Shown: one piece after another, positions 40,401 through 53,032 of the stretch
Layout of the letters: each line of letters begins with the position of its first letter
How positions within the stretch are numbered: the stretch's first letter is position 1
Source of the DNA: Chrysomallon squamiferum
Taxonomy: Eukaryota > Animalia > Mollusca
NCBI GenBank assembly: GCA_012295275.1
Contig: CM022670.1
Location: 21,266,001-21,330,000, forward strand
Direction: 5' to 3'
Length of the DNA stretch: 64,000 nt
Notes under the pieces: generated by a model
What the model saw: only the letters and a program-made list of their open reading frames with translations
What the model was told of the DNA's origin: nothing
Database searches by the model: none
Program-made: the position numbers and the translations under genes

Positions 40401-41325
40401 ATAAATATTTTTATAATAACTTAGAATATTCTCCAAATTAGTCTTTTTCGTTGCATTCACTGTATTTTCTTGCAAATAAAAGAAATTAAAATTATTAATT
40501 GCATTAGTGTAATAATATCCGATATAACACAGCTATCGCTGATTTAATAATTTTAGTCAATTAATTTATTAAAAAAAAAAAAAAAAGAAAGTATTTATTA
40601 AAGTTGTTATTTTTATTAATCTTATACAGTGAATTCTTGATAGCAGAAGAATGAACTACCACAGAGTTTTACAAATAAGAATGAAAATATATATCAACGA
40701 ATTGGCATTGAGAAAAATGGTGTGATCAGTATCAGATTAGAAATGATTGACTGTCGTTCCAAACACCAAAAATTTAGGATCAGTGTAGATTAAGACCGAT
40801 ATAAGGTCTAATATTTTTGTTAAACTGCGTACTTAGATTCTCATCTACGTTGTTTACACATATATTTGCAATGGAAACACTTGGATCGCTTTCCCACTGA
40901 GTATTAGGATAAAATATTCCCTGCTGTGTTTATATTAATTTCTTTTTTTGTAAAAAATAAGATGTCTTTTAATAGATATACATTTGTTTTTGAGGTCTTA
41001 AATTTTCTCTAAAAATATATCATACATATAGCTATTTGCTCGATGCATAATACATACATATAGATATATACTTGCATACACACATAATCAGACACACACT
41101 GAGCATACACACATACACATACCAATTTATCTGCATTCGTATACATACATACACAAATAATTATATACATGAAGGCACACACGTACTTTCATGGATATGT
41201 TGCATTCATACATGTTTTTATTCTTCTGTTTGTCTGTATCTCTAGCAGACCTTATAAATATTATTATTAAAAATTGTAATATTACAGTTAAATATTCGTT
41301 TCTGTTATCTTTCTTGTCTTTAAAC
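16437..41325. repeat. Macrosatellite-like tandem array of 13 units of ~1.8-2.0 kb (order A A B A B A B B A B B+ A- B)
   Basis: The marker gactttgcaaaacagcgcccatcc occurs at 16437, 18236, 20035, 22045, 23872, 25881, 27691, 29691, 31710, 33517, 35520, 38329 and 39813. B units carry ~0.2 kb extra. Unit 11 is ~2.8 kb and unit 12 is ~1.5 kb. Confidence 0.97.
37209..37619. repeat. Interleaved inverted repeats (A-B-A'-B') within array unit 11
   Basis: 37209-37307 is reverse-complementary to 37403-37515, and ~37294-37392 to ~37519-37619. Both pairs are imperfect. Confidence 0.8.
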
Positions 41326-41364
41326 ATCAAAAGTTAAGACCTCAATATGAAATTTATATCTACC

Positions 41365-41402
<38 letters not shown>

Positions 41403-41787
41403 AGAGAGAGGTAACGATTATATATATATATATATATATTGAAAAGCTAGTTAAGTGAAGATAACTCACATTACCAATTATGAAACTACAGGAAACCAAA
41501 AATCTGTATCATTACATCTACATCAAAAGTATTTATTTCGAAAACAGTATTTTGTTCCTTCCCCCCTGCGCTTCACTCACTCAGATTCAACTGAAAGTAA
41601 AAAAATAAAAAAAAAACCTGGAAACGGTCTCGCGTTCGCATTGGCTTCTAAGGAATTCTTTTCTGTTTTAATATTTCTCAAATAAGGTATCTAAATTCAA
41701 AACAGAACAGGCTTTCGAATCATAAATCTTCGGTACCGTTAAGCTTTTTCTATTCTCATCACATCTAGTCCGAAGTAAGGCAATTGA

Positions 41788-43876
41788 TAAGGACTGATAT
41801 TTTTGTTAAACTGCCTATGTAGATTCTCATCTACGTTGTTTACACATATATTTGTTATGGCTGGACTTGTAGCGCTCTCCTACTGAGTGCCAGGATGAAA
41901 TGCTTCCTGCTGTGTTCATATTAATTTCTTTTTTGTAAAAACTAAAAATATAACTTTTAATAGATATAAATTTGATATTGAGGTCTTAAATTTTCTCTGA
42001 AAACAAAACACACATATACCTATTTACTCGATGCATAATACATACATATAGATATATACTTGCATACACACAAAATCACACACACACACACACACACTCA
42101 GCATACACACACACTTCTACATACATACATACATATATATATACACACACGCACACATACAAATGTATGTACATATTTATATACACACATTCATACATAC
42201 ACACATAAAGGCACTCACCTTTATGACTTATGGAGCATAAACATAGTAACATACTTGTATTTATAAACTCTTCTTTTTTCCCTGTTTGTCTGTATCTGTA
42301 GGAATCCTAATAAATATTAATTTAAAAAATGTAATATTATAATTATATATTCGTTTTTGTTATCTTTCTCTTCTTTAAACAGAAACATAAAATAAAACTT
42401 TTAGGACAGTGAATCGTACATAACGTGTCCTTTAAAATTATATTTTTTATTCCATGGACTTCGTCACCATACATTTTATTATATCCACCTCATTCTGTCT
42501 TTTTGTCTATCTCTCTTGAAATATATATATAATCTTTCTCTCTCTCTCTTTATTTTTATATCTATAACTCAATATATATATTTATTTATTTATTTATTTA
42601 TTTTGAAAAGCTAGTTAAGTAAAGATAACTCAGATTACAAATAATGAAACTACAGAAACCAAAAATTGTATCATTGCATCTAGATAATAAGTATTTATTT
42701 TGAAAACAGTATTTTGTTCCTTCTCCAACTGCTCCTCACTGAGTCAGATTTAACTCTAAGTAAAAAAACAAAAACTGCATGGAGCTCGCGCACGCAATGG
42801 CTTCTAAGGAATTGTTTTCTCTCTTAATATTTCTCAAATAAGGTATCTAAATTGAAAACAGAACAGACCTTCAGATCACAGATCTCCGGTCCCGTCATGT
42901 CTTTCCCTACCCATATCAGTATCTTGTCTGAACAAATTATGCACATAGCCAGATTCAAAAAGAAAAAAAGAAAAGAAATAGAAAGTAATAAGAAATTAGT
43001 TAAAGGAGACTGACCTTACCTGTGTAACAGCGACGTGGCGTTCAAACGACTGAATTTGGACATTAACGACTGACTCAGCAGTCTAATGACAAATATTTAT
43101 ATTTTATATACAATAACTGGTATTGTATTGCATTTTATTTTATTGTATTGTACTATATTTTATTATTTTGTATCTATTATAATTATTGTATATGATTGTA
43201 ACAATATTCTATTAATATTAATAACTTAATAATAATCACAATAATAATATTAATAACAACAACCACAACAGCATCAAAATGGTAAAAAAAGAAATAAAAC
43301 TACAACAAAAATCGGCGAATACGAAATGATATCAGCAGTGCAAAGTATTTATTAAATTTGGTACGTTTATTAATCTTATACAGTGGACACTAAAGTACTT
43401 GATAGCCGAAGAAAGAAGTACATATGGTTTTACAAATTATAATGAAAATATATCCCAACGAATTGGCACCGAAAAAAATGGCGTGAAAAGTATCAGATGA
43501 AAAATGATTGACTGTGACAAAATTTGTCGTTTTTGTATACAAAAAATTCGAGATCATCATAGGTAAGACCGATATAAGGGCTGCTATTTTTGTTAAACTG
43601 CGTACGTAGATTCTCATCTACGTTGTTTACACATATATTTGCAATGGATGGACTTGTAGCGCTCTCCCACTGAGTGCCAGGATGAAATGCTTCCTGCTGT
43701 GTTCATATTAATTTCTTTTTGGTAAAAACTAAAAATATAACTTTTAATAGATATAAATTTGATATTGAGGTCTTAAATTTTCTCTGAAAAAAAAACACAC
43801 ATATACCTATTTACTCGATGCATAATACATATATATAGATATATACTTGCATACAAAATCACACACACATACACAA
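41788..43876. repeat. Older, diverged gene-less copies of the upstream module (~41788-42870 and ~43314-43876)
   Basis: Both contain the core tatttttgttaaactgc...agattctcatctacgttgtttacacatatatttg, with more substitutions than the array units. Confidence 0.85.
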
Positions 43877-45102
43877 TTCCGAGTTCGAATCTTTGTAATG
43901 ACTGCAAAAAAATATATATTTATTCGGATTTTATAAACATTTCATTTATACCAAAAATATATATTTATAAGGAGTTTATAAAACTTTATTTACCTGATAG
44001 TGAAAAGTGAAAACTATCAGATTAGAAGTGATTGACTGTGAGAAAATTTGTCGTTTTTGTACACAAAACATTCGGAATCAGCGTAGATTAAGACCGATAT
44101 AAGGGCTGATATTTTTGTTAAACTGCGTACATAGATTCTCATCTACGTTGTTTACACATATATTTGCAATGGATGGACTTGGAGCGCTCTCCCGCTGAGA
44201 GTCAGGATCAAATACTTCCTTCTGGGTTCATATTAATTTCTTTTCTGCCAGAAATAAAAATATGACATTTAATAGATATACATTTTTTCTTAAAGTCTTA
44301 AATTTTATATAAAATACAATTATACCGATTTATTCGATGCATAATACATACATATAGATATATTCTTGTGTACACACACACTCAACAAACACACACACTT
44401 CTACATACATACATACATACATACATACATACATAAATACATACATACATACATATATACACACATACTCATACAGATATACACACTCTTATACATAGAA
44501 TCATAGATACATATATACACACATACTCATACAGATATACACACTCTTATACATAGAATCATAGATACATATATATAGAGAGTTATATATTTATATATAT
44601 GTATGTATCTATGTTTCTATGTATGAGTGTGTATATGTGTATGTGTGTATATATAGTTATATATATATAAATATAATATATACATACACTTACATACATA
44701 CATACATACATACATATGAAACTGAACTCACCTTTATGACTTACTGAGCATGCTCGTGCTAGCATACTTGCATTCATAAACTTGTTTTTTTATTCTGTTT
44801 GTATCTCTAGCAGACCTAATAAATATTTATTTAAAACAAATTTAATATTACAGTTATATCTTCGTTTTTGTCATCTTTCTCTACTTTAAACAGAAACATA
44901 AAGTAAAACTTTTAGGACAGTGAATCGTACATAACGTGTCCTTTAAAATCATATTTTATATTCCATGGACTCCGTCACCATACACTTTATTATATCCACC
45001 TCTTTCTGACTTTTTGTCTATCTCTCTCTTTATATATATGTATATATTTATGCATATGTGTATGTGTGTGTGTATATGTGTATATTATGTATGTATCTAT
45101 TA

Positions 45103-45104
<2 letters not shown>

Positions 45105-45172
<68 letters not shown>
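45105..45172. repeat. (TA)n microsatellite upstream of the copy 1 promoter
   Basis: Read directly. Its structure differs between the three copies. Confidence 0.92.
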
Positions 45173-45176
<4 letters not shown>

Positions 45177-45346
45177 CACATACATCTCTCCGGTTTTCTG
45201 TGTGTCTGTTTGTCTCTCCGACCATCCCCTTTCTTCTTGGGTTCCTGGCTTAGCCTATCGCTGACGAGTTAACTTCTGTAATGTGATCGACAACCAACTA
45301 CGTACGACGATTTGCGACGGTTTCCTGTTATTTTGTAGTGCTAATT

Positions 45347-45486
45347 TCACGTGACGCACCATTATGGTAATTATATTTTTTAATGCAGAGTATATAAATG
45401 CTGAATGTGTTTGAAGTAGATCAAATTAAACAAGAACACTCATAGAAAAAGTCAGAGATTCTCACTGGGTAAACCATACAGTAAGT
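45347..45486 (+). promoter_or_regulatory. Core promoter and non-coding leader exon, copy 1 (E-box TCACGTGAC 45347, TATATAAA 45391, donor aca|gtaagt 45481)
   Basis: Motifs read directly. The intron 45481-46067 ends at ttctctttctcag, 17 nt before the ATG. The TSS position is inferred. Confidence 0.65.
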
Positions 45487-46084
45487 ATTACATTACCTTT
45501 CTAAAAATATAAGAAAATATGATTGTTTAGTATTTGATGCTGTGCTGCGCGCATTAATTTATTTGCAGAAACAGTAACTCCGTAGAGTAATATATTAATT
45601 TATGAAATCGGTTTGTACCCGAAATATGTTTTCCAGACAAACAGACAGTTGAAAATAAGCAGAAATCAATGGTTTCGAGTGTTTATTTTATTTTATTTTA
45701 TTTTTTTTACTTATATTAATCAAGCTTGTTCTTAATTGTTATTTATACCATATATGCATTTTAGTTTAACAATTTTCTGTTTCATTTCACTGGTATCATT
45801 ATTCTCTTTCATTACTGTCAAAAATCCGTCATATCCCGATTTTAATCCGATTTTTTGTCATAGAGGTAATATGGGAGATAAAAATAGAGAAATATATCTT
45901 TAGAAGATGATAAACAATAAAGGAGAGAGACAGAGATAGATAGATAGCGCTAATGGCTACATGTATATTTGTGGGTATTTCTGGTTATATAAAAAACATA
46001 TAAATAAAAAAATGGGTGGGTGTGGAAATGGCTAAAAACATATGTTTCATTGTTTTCTCTTTCTCAGTTTTAGCAAACGATATC

Positions 46085-46945
46085 ATGGAATCAGAAAGCA
46101 CAGTTGAGTTATTATCATTCATCAAAAAAATCAATGCCAGTGTAAAAACTGTCATGAATCCAAAGAAAACGCCTCGGCATAAAAATTTTGCTAGAAGAGA
46201 AATTTTCAGAAAGCACAAGCTTGAAAAGCCTGTTCGCAAAGACGCAAAAAAGAAAAAAACAGCCGAATGGACACCTGTTGTTAGTCCATGCACGTCTCAA
46301 AGTTCATTCGAGGACTCAGTCATATATGGTTCATCCCCGACTAATTTCTCAGAGTTATCGACCTTTGAGCCCTCTTACGGCGCTTACTATCGAGGACAAG
46401 AAAACTGCATACAGAACATAAACAATAATCAGGTTCACCAGTATCACCACGAACTGCCTCAACAACATTCTTATCAGAAGGAGGCAGCTCCAGTTTTTAC
46501 TCATGAGCACGCTCTGAATGCAGATGATGACGCAGGAGAAGCAAGTTTAGAAGATTTCAAACGATACTTGAGTCACATTTCTGAAGTGAACGACTGTTTG
46601 TTTCCACTGGCTCAGTCCACGGAGCTAATGAGTCACATTCCCTCACTTCTCGAGCAGATTAATTATCGATTTGACGGCAAGAATCCTGAAACTAACATCC
46701 CACTGGAATCTTCTTCATCACCCACTTTTAACGAGTGGTATGCTGAACAATTTGGATATCCAGAGCAGTGCTACGGAACGAACGAACTGTATTCAGCACC
46801 CACAGAACGAGAAAGCGTTTCGGGTTATTCCAGCATCCACCAGTCGCCAACCTATTGCCCACAGTATTTAGAGATCCCGAATGTGTATCATCAGCAAGAT
46901 CAGTCTTCTACGTCCAGCTTCGAATCGCTGTCGAGTTTCTTGTAA
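46085..46945 (+). CDS. 286-aa putative nuclear protein, divergent FAM181/C19orf85-like, copy 1
   Basis: The longest non-repetitive ORF in the window, with higher GC than its flanks. The ATG follows a splice acceptor, so the first 23 aa of the ORF track are intron/UTR. The N-terminus ESTVELLSFI...ASVK...PRHK resembles FAM181B EATRDLLSFIDSASSNIK...KRKVNHR. A basic NLS-like tract is followed by an S/Y/Q/acidic tail. The coding call is strong; the family call is tentative (~0.45). Confidence 0.85.
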   Translation: MESESTVELLSFIKKINASVKTVMNPKKTPRHKNFARREIFRKHKLEKPVRKDAKKKKTAEWTPVVSPCTSQSSFEDSVIYGSSPTNFSELSTFEPSYGAYYRGQENCIQNINNNQVHQYHHELPQQHSYQKEAAPVFTHEHALNADDDAGEASLEDFKRYLSHISEVNDCLFPLAQSTELMSHIPSLLEQINYRFDGKNPETNIPLESSSSPTFNEWYAEQFGYPEQCYGTNELYSAPTERESVSGYSSIHQSPTYCPQYLEIPNVYHQQDQSSTSSFESLSSFL

Positions 46946-47524
46946 TACTTTAGAGATGCCGGGGTATAGGACAACATACAAACATTTTGGCTTGGCTCAA
47001 TTACGCATTTGCCTACATAAAACAGTGTGAACGTTCAAACTGCATAACATATAATAATGCTGCAGTTCGTATTGTTGTGTTATCTTGTACATAAAGTGCT
47101 GAAGAACGTTTCTATAATGAACAGCTGCTAAGAAATATGTTTTCTGATGATGTTTTAGAATTATCAGAAGTTTGTAAATATTCAGTTTGAAGCAAATTGT
47201 ATATAAATAATGGAATATTTTATCATATTTTAAAGGTGTGATTTAAATATATAATATGAAATATAAAAACGAAATTAATTTACAAATTTTGAAACTGTTA
47301 TTATCATATGATGTTATAATATATAATTTTAAAAAATGTTATAAGAATATTATTATTTACATAGAACACTGTTTTCCTTTGTTTGTCCCTGTTATAACTG
47401 AAATATTTTCATTTCGTTCGATATGATTAGATATTCAGGAACTTTTCCTCAGTCTCGCGCATTTACTGAGAATGTTACTGTCCGCCTCCGAAGGTTCGAG
47501 TTTTTAAACATCACGCGCCTACGA

Positions 47525-47576
<52 letters not shown>

Positions 47577-48023
47577 ATATCGAATACAGTTACCATCAAA
47601 TTATGATTTAAATGTAAATGATCCGATTTGTAACAAACATATCAATCCTTTTTCCTTTTTTTTTTTCACAGTTTTTATAAGATAACGTTGTTATTAGGTT
47701 ATTATAAAAGTTAATAGTTTTATTTGTACTAATTCTTATATTAAAAAAAAAAAAAAAAAAACACACCAAAACAAGTGTTTGTTTTTAAATCATTTTTTTT
47801 TTTTTTTTTTATGTGGATAGACAAAAATATTTTAAAATGACGTTATTTCAAAAAACGAATATAGATATTAATTATTATAACATTTTTTATCTTATATATT
47901 TGTTTGTTTGTATATAATATTTCAAAATGATTTATTGCTTGTCATTGTGAGGTTTTGTTATCAGAAAAAGTACTCTTGTGAAATACATATCGAAATTATG
48001 TTTCATTTACTTGTTTCTTTGTA

Positions 48024-48029
48024 AATAAA
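48024..48029 (+). terminator. Candidate polyadenylation signal AATAAA for copy 1 (equivalents at 53558 and ~59393)
   Basis: AATAAA followed by a TGTTTTTG-rich downstream element ~1.1 kb after the stop codon. Weak evidence in AT-rich DNA. Confidence 0.35.
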
Positions 48030-48216
48030 AGGTTAAATAATTTATCTGTTTTTGTTTTTGTAAATCCTTCTCGAAATGGCTTTTTATTTCATTCTGTATA
48101 TATGTATGAAACTGGTTGTGAGCCACAAAGTCTTAAGTGCATTGTTTGCAAATGAAAACAGAAGGGGAACATTAAGAGGTTTAACATATAAGCAACACTT
48201 AAATAACATCATATTA

Positions 48217-48257
<41 letters not shown>

Positions 48258-50419
48258 TTTTAAGCTTCTTTACTTAACAGTGGTATCAAGTGATCTTTAC
48301 TCTTTACTCTCTTTCAATATATTTAAAGACTGACGTAAGACATTATTTTGAAATGCTTATTTAATTATCTAGTCATTTTTGCTGTTTTTATTAATACATT
48401 TAATTTTTCTATTCGGGTTTGGTTTTTATTTTATTTATATTTTCATTTATAATTTTTATTTATATATAGAAAATTTTCTTTTACTTGTTAATTCGTTATT
48501 TTTATATTTGCTCAAGTCCAATGAAATCTATTGGAATAAATGTGAAACGAGATAACTGATTATTGTCAACGGTCTATTATTTTATGTCTGTTGTCAAAAT
48601 AAGTATTCAAATACAGTTCAATTTGTTCTTGTGCATTTGTCAAATAATTTCTTTAAAGAATTAACGAGAGAATACGTTTTAAAATCATCGATTAAAATCA
48701 TCTATATTTATACATATTTATATATGAAAAAAATATGCAATATGTATTACATGCCTTACAAATTTCAAATATCAATACAAGACTCTAATCATCCAATCGC
48801 CAAAAAAACAAAACAAAAACAACCAGAAAAGCGATCGACGATACCGAGAAAGTCAAAAAATATTGTTTAACAATCACGAGTAATCATGGCTATCTGCGAT
48901 GCACTGCTTTCTTTTGTTTTCTTTATTTTTCTATGACGAAAATGTATTTAGTAATGAATAGTCGATTGTCTTTCGTCCTGTCTAATTAGACATGCACATA
49001 GTCTATATTCTAACACGCACTATTAGCACTGAAATACAAATCGGCGAATACGAAATGATATCAGCAGTGTAAAATATTTATTAAAGTTGGTATGTTTTAT
49101 TAATCTTATACAGTGAACGCTGAAGTACTTGATAGCCGAAGAAAGAACTACCACTTAGTTTCACAAATTAGAATGAAAATATATATCTGATATAACATAT
49201 ATTATACGAAAAGAAAAATATAATTGTGAATTATATATATGGAACAGATAATAAGAAAAGTCCAGTGTTACAGAAAGAAAGAAAATAGAATTTGATAATA
49301 TACAGTTTATATCGATGACACTTCCGAGTTCGAATCTTTGTAATGACTACAAAAAAATATATATTTATTCGGATTTTTATAAACATTTCATTTATACCAA
49401 AAAATATATTTATAACGATTTGATAAAACTTTATTTACCTGATAGTGAAAAGTGAAAACTATCAGATTAGAAGTGATTGACTGTGAGAAAATTTGTCGTT
49501 TTTGTACAGAAAACATTCGGAATCAGCGTAGATTAAGACCGATATAAGGTCTGATATTTTTGTTAAACTGCGTACTTAGATTCTCATCTATGTTTTTTAC
49601 ACATATATTTGCAATGGTGGACTTGGAGCGCTCTCCCGCTGAGAGTCAGGATCAAATACTTCCTTCTGGGTTCATATTAATTTCTTCTCTGCCAGAAATA
49701 AAAATATGACATTTAATAGATACACATTTTTTCTTAAAGTCTTAAATTTTATATAAAATACAATTATACCGATTTACTCGATGCATAATACATACATATA
49801 GATATATGCTTGTATACACACACAAGCACACATACACAAACACACTCAACAAACACACACACTTCTACATACATACATACATGCATACATATATACACAC
49901 ATACACATACAGATATACACACTCTTATACATAGAAACATAGATACATACATATATATAGAGTTATCTATATATATATATATATATATATGTTTATATGC
50001 ATGTATCTATGTTTCTATGTATAAGAGTGTGTATATCTGTATGTGTGTATATATAGTTATATATATATAAATATAATATATACATAAACTTACATACATA
50101 CATACATATGAAACTGAACTCACCTTTATGACTTACGGAGCATGCTCGTGCTAGCATACTTGCATTCATAAACTTGTTTTTTGTTCTGTTTGTATCTCTA
50201 GCAGACCTAATAAATATTTATTTAAACAAATTTAATAGTATAATTGTATATTCGTTTTTGTCATCTTTCTCTACTTTAAACAGAAACATAAAATCAAACT
50301 TTTAGGACAGTGAATCGTACACAACGTGTCCTTTAAAATTATATTTTGTATTCCATGGACTCCGTCACCATACACTTTATTATATCCACCTCTTTCTGAC
50401 TTTTTGTCTATCTCTCTTT

Positions 50420-50462
<43 letters not shown>

Positions 50463-50480
50463 CATATGTGTGTGTGCGCG

Positions 50481-50535
<55 letters not shown>

Positions 50536-50778
50536 CTATGTATCTATGTATCTATGTATCTATCTATCTATCTATCTATCTATATATATATATATATATA
50601 TATAAATACACATACATCTCTCCGGTTTTCTGTGTGTCTGTTTGTCTCTCCGACCATCCCCTTTCTTCTTGGGTTCCTGGCTTAGCCTATCGCTGACGAG
50701 TTAACTTCTGTAATGTGATCGACAACCAACTACGTACGACGATTTGCGACGGTTTCCTGTTATTTTGTAGTGCTAATT

Positions 50779-50918
50779 TCACGTGACGCACCATTATGGT
50801 AATTATATTTTTTAATGCAGAGTATATAAATGCTGAATGTGTTTGAAGTAGATCAAATTAAACAAGAACACTCATAGAAAAAGTCAGAGATTCTCACTGG
50901 GTAAACCATACAGTAAGT
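50779..50918 (+). promoter_or_regulatory. Core promoter and leader exon, copy 2 (E-box 50779, TATA 50823, donor 50913)
   Basis: Same motifs as copy 1. The intron ends at 51503. Confidence 0.65.
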
Positions 50919-51520
50919 ATTACATTACCTTTCTAAAAATATAAGAAAATATGATTGTTTAGTATTTGATGCTGTGCTGCGCGCATTAATTTATTTGCAG
51001 AAACAGTAACTCCGTAGAATAATATATTAATTTATGAAATCGGTTTGTACCCGAAATATGTTTTCCAGACAAACAGACAGTTGAAAATAAGCAGAAATCA
51101 ATGGTTTCGAGTGTTTATTTTTATTTGTTTTATTATTTATTTTTACTTATATTAATCAAGCTTGTTCTTAATTGTTATTTATACCATATATGCATTTTAG
51201 TTTAACAATTTTCTGTTTCATTTCACTGGTATCGTTATTTTGTTTCATTACTGTCAAAAATCCGTCATATCCCGATTTTAATCCGATTTTTGGTCATAGA
51301 GGTAATATGGGAGATAAAAATAGAGAAATATATCTTTAGAAGATGATAAACAATAAAGGAGAGAGACAGAGATAGATAGATAGCGCTAATGGCTACATGT
51401 ATATTTGTGGGTATTTCTGGTTATATAAAAAACATATAAATAAAAAAATGGGTGGGTGTGGAAATGGCTAAAAACATATGTTTCATTGTTTTCTCTTTCT
51501 CAGTTTTAGCAAACGATATC

Positions 51521-52381
51521 ATGGAATCAGAAAGCACAGTTGAGTTATTATCATTCATCAAAAAAATCAATGCCAGTGTAAAAACTGTCATGAATCCAAA
51601 GAAAACGCCTCGGCATAAAAATTTTGCTAGAAGAGAAATTTTCAGAAAGCACAAGCTTGAAAAGCCTGTTCGCAAAGACGCGAAAAAGAAAAAAACAGCC
51701 GAATGGACACCTATTGTTAGTCCATGCACGTCTCAAAGTTCATTCGAGGACTCAGTCATATATGGTTCATCCCCGACTAATTTCTCAGAGTTATCGACCT
51801 TTGAGCCCTCTTACGGCGCTTACTATCGAGGACAAGAAAACTGCATACAGAACATAAACAGTAATCAGGTTCACCAGTATCACCACGAACTGCCTCAACA
51901 ACATTCTTATCAGAAGGAGGCAGCTCCAGTTTTTACTCATGAGCACGCTCTGAATGCAGATGATGACGCAGGAGAAGCAAGTTTAGAAGATTTCAAACGA
52001 TACTTGAGTCACATTTCTGAAGTGAACGACTGTTTGTTTCCACTGGCTCAGTCCACGGAGCTAATGAGTCACATTCCCTCACTTCTCGAGCAGATTAATT
52101 ATCGATTTGACGGCAAGAATCCTGAAACTAACATCCCACTGGAATCTTCTTCATCACCCACTTTTAACGAGTGGTATGCTGAACAATTTGGATATCCAGA
52201 GCAGTGCTACGGAAGGAACGAACTGTATTCAGCACCCACAGAACGAGAAAGCGTTTCGGGTTATTCCAGCATCCACCAGTCGCCAACCTATTGCCCACAG
52301 TATTTAGAGATCCCGAATGTGTATCATCAGCAAGATCAGTCTTCTACGTCCAGCTTCGAATCGCTGTCGAGTTTCTTGTAA
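51521..52381 (+). CDS. 286-aa putative nuclear protein, divergent FAM181/C19orf85-like, copy 2
   Basis: Intact ORF. Differs from copy 1 by 3 amino-acid changes and 1 silent change. Confidence 0.85.
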   Translation: MESESTVELLSFIKKINASVKTVMNPKKTPRHKNFARREIFRKHKLEKPVRKDAKKKKTAEWTPIVSPCTSQSSFEDSVIYGSSPTNFSELSTFEPSYGAYYRGQENCIQNINSNQVHQYHHELPQQHSYQKEAAPVFTHEHALNADDDAGEASLEDFKRYLSHISEVNDCLFPLAQSTELMSHIPSLLEQINYRFDGKNPETNIPLESSSSPTFNEWYAEQFGYPEQCYGRNELYSAPTERESVSGYSSIHQSPTYCPQYLEIPNVYHQQDQSSTSSFESLSSFL

Positions 52382-52962
52382 TACTTTAGAGACGCCGGGG
52401 TAAAGGACAACATACAAACATTTTGGCTTGGCTCAATTACGCATTTGCCTACATAAAACAGTGTGAACGTTCAAACTGCATAACATATAATAATGCTGCA
52501 GTTCGTATTGTTGTGTTATCTTGTACATAAAGTGCTGAAGAACGTTTCTATAATGAACAGCTGCTAAGAAATATGTTTTCTGATGATGTTTTAGAATTAT
52601 CAGAAGTTTGTAAATATTCAGTTTGAAGCAAATTGTATATAAATAATGGAATATTTTATCATATTTTAAAGTGTGATTTAAATATATAATATGAAATATA
52701 AAAACGAAATTAATTTACAAATTTTGAAACTGTTATTATCATATGCTGTTATAATATATAATTTTAAAAAATGTTATAAGAATATTATTATTTACATAGA
52801 ACACTGTTTTCCTTTGTTTGTCCCTGTTATAACTGAAATATTTTCATTTCGTTCGATATGGTTAGATATTCAGGAACTTTTCCTCAGTCTCGCGCATTTA
52901 CTGAGAATGTTACTGTCCGCCTCCGAAGGTTCGAGTTTTTTAAACATCACGCGCCTACGAGA

Positions 52963-53032
<70 letters not shown>

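Noticed and set aside
16437-41325. Array as an rDNA, 5S, snRNA, tRNA or histone cluster, or as a CRISPR array
   Set aside because: I recognised no 5S, U1/U2/U6, tRNA or histone sequence in the unit. The units are kb-sized in a eukaryotic context with no repeat-spacer structure. An Rfam search would be needed to exclude rarer RNA families.
43877-43893. B-box-like GAGTTCGAATC (also near 49326 and 53902)
   Set aside because: No A box or cloverleaf nearby, so it does not support a tRNA or SINE call.
46016-46084. N-terminal 23 aa of the 309-aa ORF (MGVEMAKNICFIVFSFSVLANDI), which looks like a signal peptide
   Set aside because: It starts at GTG and spans the polypyrimidine tract and acceptor of the intron. 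The ATG at 46085 is the better start, so secretion is not supported.
45985-46953. Overlapping alternative-frame and antisense ORFs on the triplicated gene
   Set aside because: Shadow ORFs of the main CDS. They recur only because the copies are nearly identical.
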